Source: Gemmatimonadota bacterium | GTDB lineage: Bacteria; Gemmatimonadota; Gemmatimonadetes; Gemmatimonadales; GWC2-71-9 | Length of the DNA: 23,908 nucleotides | NCBI GenBank assembly: GCA_003221005.1 | Contig: QHTZ01000107.1 | Coordinates: 1-23,908, forward strand | Direction of reading: 5' to 3' | Part shown: piece by piece, positions 16,024 to 23,908 of the stretch | Position numbering within the stretch: the first letter of the stretch is position 1 | How the letters are laid out: each line of letters begins with the position of its first letter | Program-made: the position numbers and the translations under genes | Notes under the pieces: model-generated | Told to the model about the DNA's origin: nothing | The model's input: only the letters and a program-made list of their open reading frames with translations | The model's database searches: none

Positions 16024-18283
16024 TCAAGTATGCCCGGCCCGCTCTCGCGGGTCAACCGCGCGCCCCACGAGCGCCCCCGTCGCCGCCCGCATCTCCCGGG
16101 CCGCCTCGACCATGTTGCGGAGCGACGGCAGCGTCTCGGTCCAGCCGCGCGTCTTGAGGCCGCAATCCGGGTTGACCCAGATCTGGCGGTCGTCGAGCAC
16201 CTCCCGCATCCGTGTCAGCCCCGCCACGATCTCCGCGGTGCTCGGCACCCGGGGAGAGTGGATGTCGTAGACCCCGGGTCCGATTTCGTTGGGATACTTG
16301 TACTCCCGGAACCCTTCCAGCAGCTCGGACCGGGACCGGGCGTTCTCGATCGAGATGGCGTCCGCGTCCATCTGCTCGATGACGCGAATGACGTCGTTGA
16401 ATTCGCTGTAGCACATGTGCGTGTGGATCTGCGTCTCGTCCTTCACGCCGGCGGTCGCCAGGCGGAAGGCGTTGACCGCCCAGTCCAGGTACGCGGCCCA
16501 GTCGGCGCGGCGCAGCGGCAGCCCCTCGCGCAGCGCCGGCTCGTCGATCTGGATGACCCGGATGCCCGCGCTCTCGAGGTCCTGCACCTCGTCGCGAATC
16601 GCGAGCGCCAGCTGCTTCGCCGTCTCCGAGCGCGGCTGGTCATCGCGCACAAACGACCACTGAAGAATGGTCACCGGACCGGTCAACATCCCCTTGACCG
16701 GCTTCTTGGTCTGGGCCTGAGCGAACGTGCTCCAGCGGACCGTCATCGGCCGCGGCCGCGACACGTCGCCGCAGATGATCGGCGGCTTGACGTAGCGCGT
16801 CCCATAGGACTGCACCCAGCCGTGCTCCGTGAACGCGAATCCGTCCAGCTGCTCCCCGAAGTACTCCACCATGTCGTTGCGCTCGAACTCGCCATGGACC
16901 AGCACGTCGATCCCGATGTCCTCCTGTAGCCGGAGCGTCTTCCGGATCTGCTCCTCGATGAAAGCGTCGTAGGCGGCGGGCGTCAGCTTTCCGTCAGTCA
17001 GCTGCCGCCGGGCGGCGCGCACCTCCGCAGTCTGCGGGAACGAGCCGATGGTGGTCGTCGGGTAGAGCGGCAGCGCGAGCTGCTTGCGGCGCCGCGACGC
17101 GTACGGCGACGCCCGGCGCAGGTCTCGCTCGCCCACGGCCGCAGCGCGCCGCTTCACCGCCGGATTGTGAATCCGCTGCGACGCGCGGCGCGCCGCCAGC
17201 GCCCGCGCGTTGTCCTCGAGCTCGGCGGACGCGCGCCCGCGCCCCGCACCCAGCGCACGCGTCAGCGTGGCTACTTCGGCCAGCTTCTGCTTCGCGAACG
17301 CGAGCCACCCCCTGAGCTCCGCGTCGAGCCGCTGCTCGAGGTCGAGGTCGATTGGCACGTGGAGCAGCGAGCACGATGGCGCGACCCAGATAGACTCGGC
17401 TCCCACCCGGTCGCGAGCGCGCTCCAGCAGGGTCAGTGCGGCGGCGAGGTCGGCCTTCCAGACGTTCCGCCCGTCGACGACCCCGAGCGACAGGACCCGT
17501 CCCGTGCCCGCGGGCCACGCCTCGAGCAGCGGGTCCAACTGTCGCGGCGCGCGCACCAGATCGACGTGCAGGCCGTGCACGGGGAGCGAGACGACCGTCC
17601 GCAGGTTGTCGTCCAAGCCCGCGAAGTAGGTGGCGAGGAGCAGCTTAGCCTGCGGTACCCGCTGGGCCAGGAAGGCGTAGGTCTTGCGATACGCCTCCCG
17701 TTCCGGCTCGGTCCGGTCGAGCGCCAGGCACGGCTCGTCGAGCTGCACCCACGTCGCCCCGGCCGCCACCAGGCGGCTCAAGACCTCCGCGTACACCGGC
17801 AACAGCCGGTCCAGCAGCTCGAGACGGTCGAAGCGCGCGGTGCGCGCCTTTCCGAGCGTGAGGAACGTCACGGGCCCGATCAGCACCGGCTTCGTGGTGA
17901 TGCCCAGGGCCTTCGCTTCCTGGAACTCGTCGATCGGCTTGTGCGATGCCAGCCGAAACGCCTGGTCACGATCAAACTCGGGGACGATGTAGTGGTAGTT
18001 CGTGTCGAACCACTTCGTCATCTCCATCGCCGTGACGTCTCGGCCACGCTGTTGCGCGCCGCGCGCCATCGCGAAGTAGGTGTCCAGATCCACCTGCCCC
18101 CCACCCCCACCGTAGCGTGCCGGAACGGCGCCGACCAGCGCGCAGGTGTCCAGGACGCGGTCGTAGAAGGAGAAGTCGTTCGATGGAACGAGATCCATCC
18201 CGGCGGCGCGCTGCAGACCCCAGTGCGCCGCACGCAGCTCGCCGCCCACCGCGCGCCGCTCGGTCAGTGTGAGAGAGAGGCAT
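16024..18283 (-). pseudogene. metE: Cobalamin-independent methionine synthase, apparently frameshifted by a 5' internal deletion
   Basis: Body is intact (MTKWFDTNYHY, TTTIGSFPQT, HTHMCYSEF, WVNPDCGLKTR). ATG 18283 encodes MPLSHT in a different frame from the body, and the GFPRIG...RELK...YW segment is absent. The metE identity is secure; pseudogene status is less so. Confidence 0.72.
16027..16055 (-). promoter_or_regulatory. Sigma70-type promoter, probably giving a leaderless nfu mRNA
   Basis: TTGACC (16055-16050), 17-nt spacer, CATACT (16032-16027), 7 nt before the ATG; no SD. Confidence 0.7.
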
Positions 18284-18301
18284 AGGGAGCGGAATCTACC
18301 C

Positions 18302-18342
18302 AAAAAAACATCGCGCCGGACCGTTGCGACTGGCCCGGCGCG
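18302..18342 (-). terminator. Intrinsic terminator of the ECF operon
   Basis: Minus strand CGCGCCGGGCC-loop-GGTCCGGCGCG followed by ATG and T7. Confidence 0.7.
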
Positions 18343-18385
18343 TTACGCGTGAACCATTCCCTCAGACCGCCCTATGGTTCCCGCG

Positions 18386-19081
18386 TCATGGCTTGTGGGA
18401 CTGGCCCTTCCCCGGTGGGGGACCGTGCGGCGAGGACGAAGGGAGTCCCTGCCCCTGACCGAGTCCCTGGCCCTGGCCGCGCCCCTGGCCCTGACCGAGC
18501 CCGGCCGCTGCCGCCGCGGGCGAAGCGCCGCGCGCCACGCTTGCCTCCACCTCTTGGGGAAGATTGAGGAGAGCACCGGGCGACTGGCCGCCGGCGATCG
18601 CCTGCTGCACCACCTGTACCGTCTCGGTCGCCGGGACGCCCAAGGCCGCGAGCGTGCCCGCGACCCGCAGCGTGGCGGCGGGCGAGTAGGGTGCGCGGCT
18701 CCGCCGCGCGAGCTCTGCCGCAGCGCGGGCGTCGAGCCCCGCGCTGATGGCGAACGCGGCAGCCTCGATCACGTCCGGATCGGAGGTCGGTAGCCCCGCC
18801 GCGCGAAGCGCCGTCGCGGCCTGGCCCAGCCGGTTCAGGACGACCCGCACGGCAGCGACCACGCGCTCACCCGGCACGCCCTTCGCTCCGCCCTCGATCG
18901 CCTTGTCGACCAGCGGGTCGACGGGCAACCCGCGAGCGGCCGCACTGTCGGCGAGCTGCCGCACGGCGGTGACCACCGCGGGGGGCAATCGGCCCCCGAG
19001 GCGGGCCGCCACGTCCCCCTGCGCCAGTATCCGACCGGCCAAGGCTACGGCGAGCAGCACGACAAGCCCGACGGTTCTCAT
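18386..19081 (-). CDS. Exported Ala-rich helical hypothetical protein with GQ-repeat tail
   Basis: ATG 19081 overlaps the upstream stop; signal peptide MRTVGLVVLLAVALAGRILA-Q; GLPVDPLVDKAIEGGAKGVP; GQGQG tail. Confidence 0.75.
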   Translation of the reverse strand: MRTVGLVVLLAVALAGRILAQGDVAARLGGRLPPAVVTAVRQLADSAAARGLPVDPLVDKAIEGGAKGVPGERVVAAVRVVLNRLGQAATALRAAGLPTSDPDVIEAAAFAISAGLDARAAAELARRSRAPYSPAATLRVAGTLAALGVPATETVQVVQQAIAGGQSPGALLNLPQEVEASVARGASPAAAAAGLGQGQGRGQGQGLGQGQGLPSSSPHGPPPGKGQSHKP

Positions 19082-19710
19082 AGGGCGCGCCCTCCGCCGT
19101 CCTGAGATGTCACCGCGACGACGCTGTTGTGCTGCCCGAAGCCATCGTCCACGCTCGGCGCGGTCGGGTCGACCACCCAACGCTCGCCGTCCACCAGGAA
19201 CGCGTACTGGTGTTGACCGAGCGGCAGAGCGAGGGTGGTGGTCCAAATGCCGGGCGTCGCCGTCGGCACGAGCGGCGCCGCGCCGGGATCCCACTGGTTG
19301 AACGATCCGGCAATCGTGACGCTGTGCGCGCTGGGCGCATAGAAGATGAATCGCACGTACACCGGTGCGTGCGACGTCGCGACCTCGCTGCCTGGCCACA
19401 CGACGGCGAGCGCGAGCACGGCCGCGGCGGCGAGACCGACCACCCAAGGGCGTACGCGCACCCGGATGTCCAGGTCGCGCGCGCGGACCAGCCACCGCCA
19501 CGCACGCCCGACGGGTGAGCTCGAGCGCCGCCGCACCTGCGCCATCACCCTCTGGTCCACCGCCGCCGGCAGGACGACCGGCGTCCGGTCAACGGCTGCG
19601 AGCAGCTGGAGCGCGCGCTCCCCTTCCGCCCTGAGCCCGGGCGGCAACTCGGCGAGCGCGAGCTCACCATCCAGCAGTTGCTTGATCAGCGGGTGGTATT
19701 GCTCCGTCAT
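19078..19710 (-). CDS. Putative anti-sigma factor with TM helix and C-terminal CBM48/AMPK-beta-type glycogen-binding domain
   Basis: Coupled to the ECF gene; N-terminal LLDGEL anti-sigma-like helix; TM AAAAVLALAVVW; SVTIAGSFNQW...GIW...GQHQYAFLVDGERWVVDP...DGFGQHNS. Confidence 0.8.
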   Translation of the reverse strand: MTEQYHPLIKQLLDGELALAELPPGLRAEGERALQLLAAVDRTPVVLPAAVDQRVMAQVRRRSSSPVGRAWRWLVRARDLDIRVRVRPWVVGLAAAAVLALAVVWPGSEVATSHAPVYVRFIFYAPSAHSVTIAGSFNQWDPGAAPLVPTATPGIWTTTLALPLGQHQYAFLVDGERWVVDPTAPSVDDGFGQHNSVVAVTSQDGGGRAL

Positions 19711-20258
19711 ACCAGCTCCTTCAGCTCGGCGCGCAGCCGGTCATACGCCCGGTGCATCCGCATCTTGAGGGACGGCACTGACGCCCCCGTCAGCGCCGCG
19801 ATCTCCTCGTACGACAGCTCTTCCACATGTTTGAGCACGAACACGTCCCGTTGCTCCGCCGTCAGCCTCTCGAGTGCCCGCTCCAGCGTCCGCCGGTCGT
19901 CCGCCCGCTCCACCGGCCCGTCGGAGCGTTCCGACCCGGCGATGGCCTCATCTCGGGCCCCGAGGGGCCGTGCCTCGCGATTGCGCCGGCGGCGCTCGGC
20001 GAAGCAGCGATTGCGGAGAATCAGAAAGAACCATCCGGCGAACTTCTCCGGCTCGCGGCACCGTGCCAGCTGGTCGTACGCCCGCACCAGAGCGTCCTGA
20101 ACCGCGTCCTCGGCGGCGTCCTGGGATCCGAGCATCCGTGCCGCGTAGCGTGCGTAGCGGTCGCGGTAACGGCGCACGAGCACCGCGTACTGCTCCACGT
20201 TCCCGGCCAGCACGCGGCGCACCACCTCGCCGTCGCTCGGCCCTTCCCCAGAGCTCAC
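19707..20258 (-). CDS. ECF-family RNA polymerase sigma factor
   Basis: Start GTG 20258 with SD GAGGT; region 2 AEDAVQDA...FAGWFFLILRN; region 4 LSYEEIAALTGASVPSLKMRMHRA. Confidence 0.92.
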   Translation of the reverse strand: MSSGEGPSDGEVVRRVLAGNVEQYAVLVRRYRDRYARYAARMLGSQDAAEDAVQDALVRAYDQLARCREPEKFAGWFFLILRNRCFAERRRRNREARPLGARDEAIAGSERSDGPVERADDRRTLERALERLTAEQRDVFVLKHVEELSYEEIAALTGASVPSLKMRMHRAYDRLRAELKELV

Positions 20259-20501
20259 CGTTGCCACCTCACCCGCGGGAGATCGGCGCCACACTGCGGG
20301 CCCGCTGCGGGGCTCGCCACGCCGCTCCCGGATCCTAGGTGCGCGGTAGGGCTCCGGCAACCTCGTCACAGCGTAAAGACTCACGCCGCCCAGTGGCGGT
20401 AACGCTCGGCGCCACCGCCACTTCCGCTGGCGGCCGTTACCGTGGAGGCTCCCCCGGTCTGACGCTTCCCACACGACAAGGCGGTGCTACGTTCCAGCGC
20501 G

Positions 20502-21578
20502 ATGCAGCGCGCGCTGGCGTTCGGCGTACCCTTGACCCTCGTCGGTGGTATCCTCGTCGCCCAGGGCCACGCCTCGGTTGCCGTGGGGGCGGGGACCGTT
20601 CGGTACACTGGCGGCACGACCTTCAGCTCGGCTTCCATCTCCCCGGCTGCCGAGTTCACCACCGCGACGCTCACCGCCAGCGGCACGGCCACCATCGCCT
20701 CTCTCCCGCAACAAGCGTGGTCGACCCAAGGCCGGGGAGATGTCTGGGTCGCGACCCGGCCCCTCACAGCCCAGCTCCGCCTTGGTGCCGAAGCCATCCT
20801 CGCCGGAACCAGTCGGACCGACGATGGGTGGAGTGCGGCCGCGCACGCCGTCGGAGAGGTCTTCTGGTTCGCGCCCAAGTGGGGCGCGGGGCTGGGGCTT
20901 GGCCCGTCGGCCGGGTGGATCGACAGCGTGCCCTCGGTGACGGCATTGCGCCTTCGCGCCCGCGGTTGGTGGGAGGTCGGGGCTGCCTACGCGACCCTCA
21001 CCCTCGAGCCGACGCGATTCCTTGGCGCCTGGTTCACAGACGTTGGGACCGGCGCGACGTGGGTGCGCGGTCGAGTGACCGCTTCCCTCTACGCGCAGGC
21101 GCGGCTGAGCGCGGCATACGGCTCTACTGCGGCCGCGACCGCCGCGGTGCAGGCGTTCGTCTCGCGCACCATCTCCCTCGAATTTAGCGGAGGCAGCTAC
21201 CTACGTGACCCGTACCAGGGGTTCCCGCGCGCGGGCTACCTCACGTTCGGCGTGCGGTTCCATACGAGACGCGGCGCTGCCCCGGCCGCCACCCAGGCGT
21301 GGCAGCCCCTCACCCCCACGGCCCGCGGCGACAGCCTGATCGTCCGCTTCCACTTGACCGGCGCCAAGACGGTCGCGATCGCGGGCGACTGGAATGCCTG
21401 GAAGCCGAAGCCGTTGCGCTCGCTCGGCCGCGATCTGTGGGAAGGCGTCGTCGCGCTCCGGCCGGGGCTGTACCACTTTAACCTCCTCGTGGACGGTACC
21501 GAGTGGGTGGTCCCCCGTGGAGTCGCCACCGTAAGCGACGGGCTGGGCGGCATCACGGGCGTCTTGACCGTCCAGTAG
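20502..21578 (+). CDS. Exported beta-strand-rich (outer-membrane barrel-like) protein with C-terminal CBM48 domain
   Basis: Signal peptide; amphipathic beta strands ending YLTFGVRF; linker; TVAIAGDWNAW...LWEG...GLYHFNLLVDGTEWVVP...DGLGG. Confidence 0.75.
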   Translation: MQRALAFGVPLTLVGGILVAQGHASVAVGAGTVRYTGGTTFSSASISPAAEFTTATLTASGTATIASLPQQAWSTQGRGDVWVATRPLTAQLRLGAEAILAGTSRTDDGWSAAAHAVGEVFWFAPKWGAGLGLGPSAGWIDSVPSVTALRLRARGWWEVGAAYATLTLEPTRFLGAWFTDVGTGATWVRGRVTASLYAQARLSAAYGSTAAATAAVQAFVSRTISLEFSGGSYLRDPYQGFPRAGYLTFGVRFHTRRGAAPAATQAWQPLTPTARGDSLIVRFHLTGAKTVAIAGDWNAWKPKPLRSLGRDLWEGVVALRPGLYHFNLLVDGTEWVVPRGVATVSDGLGGITGVLTVQ

Positions 21579-21591
21579 GGGCGGGACACGC

Positions 21592-21620
21592 TTGACGGCC
21601 GCCGCTCGGCGTCCTACTGT
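21592..21620 (+). promoter_or_regulatory. Sigma70-type promoter
   Basis: TTGACG (21592-21597), 17-nt spacer, TACTGT (21615-21620), upstream of SD GAGGT and ATG 21660. Confidence 0.6.
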
Positions 21621-21659
21621 CGCCTGTCGCGTAGCGGTCCCCCCTCATCGAGGTGTCCC

Positions 21660-22082
21660 ATGGGCAAGATCAATTGGAGTCGCGTCGTGCTGGGAGGGTT
21701 GCTTGCGGGGGTGGTGCTGAACGTCGTCGACTGGCTGCTCTACGGAGTGTGGCTCAAGCAGGACTTCGCCTCCGCGATGCAGGCACTCGGCAAGCCGGGA
21801 TCGATGGACAACCTGATCCCGTGGTTCGTGTTCCTGGACTTCGTGTACGGGATCGGGCTGGTGTGGGTGTACGCAGCGATCCGCCCGCGGTTCAACCCGG
21901 GCGTCAGCACGGCCGTGATCGCCGGCGTGGCGGTGTGGTTTTTCGTCGCCCTGATGCATTCGCTGGGCGAGGCGCCAATGGCGCTATTTCCGCAGCGCTT
22001 GTACACGCTCTCGACCTGCGTGGCGCTGATCCAGATGCCGGTCGCGACCGTGGTCGGTGCCTACCTCTATAAGGAGTTCTGA
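21660..22082 (+). CDS. Small four-TM hypothetical membrane protein
   Basis: 140 aa, four hydrophobic helices, good SD, own promoter. Confidence 0.8.
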   Translation: MGKINWSRVVLGGLLAGVVLNVVDWLLYGVWLKQDFASAMQALGKPGSMDNLIPWFVFLDFVYGIGLVWVYAAIRPRFNPGVSTAVIAGVAVWFFVALMHSLGEAPMALFPQRLYTLSTCVALIQMPVATVVGAYLYKEF

Positions 22083-22112
22083 GGCGGCTCCTCCGGGCGC
22101 CGGACGACACAA

Positions 22113-22139
22113 CCGCCGCGTGACCCCGTCGCGCGGCGG
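22113..22139. terminator. GC-rich hairpin between convergent genes, probable terminator
   Basis: CCGCCGCGTGAC-CCC-GTCGCGCGGCGG; only a weak U-tract (TTGTGT) on the minus strand. Confidence 0.5.
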
Positions 22140-22140
22140 C

Positions 22141-23472
22141 TCAGGTGGGTAGTCGTGAGCGCGTGAGCAGCAGCGCGTATCCCAGCGGGCCCGCCGCTCC
22201 CAGCACTACCGCCACCGCCACTCCCGGGACACCGATCGCCCGGCTCTGGAGCTCGAGCGCCACGGCCACTGCGATGAGGGCCAGGGGCAGGATCGCGAGC
22301 GCGACGAGGACTGCGGTGCCCGCCGGAACGCGGAACGCACCCACCAGCTCTGGCTCGCGTTGCCGCAGCCTGATGAGCGCGGCGAACTCGAGCGCCAGCG
22401 CCGTCGAGTAGAGCAGCACGTCCGCAGCAAGCAGGCCGCCGAACGGGAGTAGGGCGAAGGCTGAATACGCCACTGCGGAGACGAGCACGGCGGCACGGGG
22501 CGTACCGCAAGCGTCAGTCGCCGCGAGCCGCGCCGGGAGGAGGCCGTCCTGAGCGAGCACGAGTGGAATTCGCGAGTAGGAGAGCAGGAGCGCGTTGAAC
22601 AGCGCGAACGCGCTTACCATCCCCGCCGCCGCGAGCCAGATCCCGAGCCCTGGGCTGACGAGCGACCCGGCGAGCGCAGGCCACGCGCCGTCCGACCAGC
22701 GCCTCCAGTCGGTGAGCGCGAGCACCGGGATGACGGCGACCAGGTAGACCGCCGTCACGAGCGGCAGCGTCCTCCCGAGCGCCCGGGGGTAGGTGGCTGA
22801 TGCCTGATCGATCTCGCCGCCGATCGTGGACGCGTTGTCCCAGCCGCTGTAGTTCCAAATACTCTGCGAAATCCCGATGCCGAGGGCGGCCAGGAACGAC
22901 GTCCCCGGCGCGTGAAACGGCTTGCCCGGAAAGGGCGCTGCCGGCGAGCCGCTGAGCCAGCGCACGAGCGCCGCCGCACTGAGGACCGCGAAGGGGAGCA
23001 GCACCGCGGCGACGAACCACCGGGACGCGATGCCGACCACCCTCGTGCCGCGGAGGTTCAACCAGGTGGCGCTCCAGATGAGGAGCAGGGCGACCAGCCA
23101 GCTCTCGAAACGGTCCAGGCTCGGCGCGAAGAACCGCAGGTACTGTAGAAAGAGGACTGGGTAGATCGCCATGTCGACCAGGGAGTAGATCCACGAGAGC
23201 CAGCCGTTCCAGAACCCCCAGAATCGGCCGAACGCTCGCTTGACCCACTGGTAGTAGCCTCCCTCGACGGGCAGCATCGAGGCCAGCTCGCCGATAAGCA
23301 GCGTCTCGGGGACGCTGTAGAGAAGTGGAGTCACGACCAGGAGGAGCAGCGCGAGGCCGGGCCCGACGTCGCCCACCAGCCCTTCCAGACCGAACGGCCC
23401 CCCCGAAACAGTGAAAAACATCACCGCGACGAGGGGACCCAGGGTGAGGCCGTGGCGCGCTGGGCGCGTCAC
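22141..23472 (-). CDS. APC-family amino acid/polyamine permease
   Basis: About 12 TMs; TVSGGPFGLE, ELASMLPVEGGYYQWV, WNYSGWD, SRIPLVLAQDGLLP. Confidence 0.9.
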   Translation of the reverse strand: MTRPARHGLTLGPLVAVMFFTVSGGPFGLEGLVGDVGPGLALLLLVVTPLLYSVPETLLIGELASMLPVEGGYYQWVKRAFGRFWGFWNGWLSWIYSLVDMAIYPVLFLQYLRFFAPSLDRFESWLVALLLIWSATWLNLRGTRVVGIASRWFVAAVLLPFAVLSAAALVRWLSGSPAAPFPGKPFHAPGTSFLAALGIGISQSIWNYSGWDNASTIGGEIDQASATYPRALGRTLPLVTAVYLVAVIPVLALTDWRRWSDGAWPALAGSLVSPGLGIWLAAAGMVSAFALFNALLLSYSRIPLVLAQDGLLPARLAATDACGTPRAAVLVSAVAYSAFALLPFGGLLAADVLLYSTALALEFAALIRLRQREPELVGAFRVPAGTAVLVALAILPLALIAVAVALELQSRAIGVPGVAVAVVLGAAGPLGYALLLTRSRLPT

Positions 23473-23908
23473 GGCCGGCCGGCGGCTCCCGGGTGGTGGC
23501 CGACGCTCCAGATCACTGCGGGGTCGTCGCTCGCGAACGCCCGCACGTGGACCATCCAGCCCAGGACGCGGGGCTTGAAGCGACCGCCGACCGAATCACA
23601 CGCCGCGCGGGTCGCGATCGGCGAGGCCGGGCCGAACACAGGGTGCCCGCCGCGCTGCTCGCCCCAGCGCTGGCGCGCTCCGCGGGGCGGCAGGCACCAG
23701 TTCACGTGCTCGTGCCAGCGCGCCACACTGAGCGGAATGCGGGCGTCGAGGTCAGCGTAGGTCGTGCGCGCGGGGGCCGTGTACATCGCCCCGACGAGCT
23801 CGAAGTGCCCGTTCGCGTCCTCGCGGTACAACAACGACGTGGGCTTCGCGGCATCGAAGTGGAACATCGCCTCGATCGCCCAGCGCCAGTTGGTGAAGTG
23901 GTACACGG
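23469..23908 (-). CDS. Hypothetical protein, C-terminal part (5' end outside window)
   Basis: Open frame to the window edge; stop overlaps the permease GTG; protein-like sequence PTSLLY...LVGAMY...WHEHVNWC...GWMVHV. Confidence 0.7.
   Translation of the reverse strand, partial: VYHFTNWRWAIEAMFHFDAAKPTSLLYREDANGHFELVGAMYTAPARTTYADLDARIPLSVARWHEHVNWCLPPRGARQRWGEQRGGHPVFGPASPIATRAACDSVGGRFKPRVLGWMVHVRAFASDDPAVIWSVGHHPGAAGRP

Noticed and set aside
18284-18386. SAM or cobalamin riboswitch upstream of metE
   Set aside because: I could not find SAM-I or B12-box consensus elements, and the space is short.
18446-18505. CCCTG-type short repeats
   Set aside because: They encode the GQGQG low-complexity tail; there are no unique spacers, so this is not a CRISPR array.

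Overview
GC-rich bacterial window, possibly Gemmatimonadota-like; the lineage is inferred from gene content and not proven. The left half (1-12636, minus strand) is one tightly coupled respiratory and maturation cluster. In transcription order: a Cys-free Mrp/ApbC ATPase, a Zn-ribbon/PCP_red protein, a ferredoxin, a sigma70 promoter with a structured ~150-nt leader, a tandem USP protein with two PCP_red domains and three CP motifs, an AhbD/NirJ-like radical SAM/SPASM enzyme with a PCP_red domain, a non-canonical CydA-like protein with no CydB, three membrane-anchored c-type cytochromes (one fused to an EbdC-like heme b domain), a cupredoxin-like protein, coxB, and A1-type coxA, which runs off the window. 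The middle holds greA, a methyltransferase, an ATP-grasp enzyme, nfu, and a metE that appears frameshifted by a 5' internal deletion. The right part holds an ECF sigma factor, a CBM48-bearing putative anti-sigma factor and a secreted protein, divergent from a beta-barrel-like protein that also ends in CBM48. It ends with a small membrane protein, an APC permease and a partial hypothetical gene. No RNA genes, CRISPR arrays or mobile elements were seen. All family calls come from motifs recognised by eye; no searches were run.
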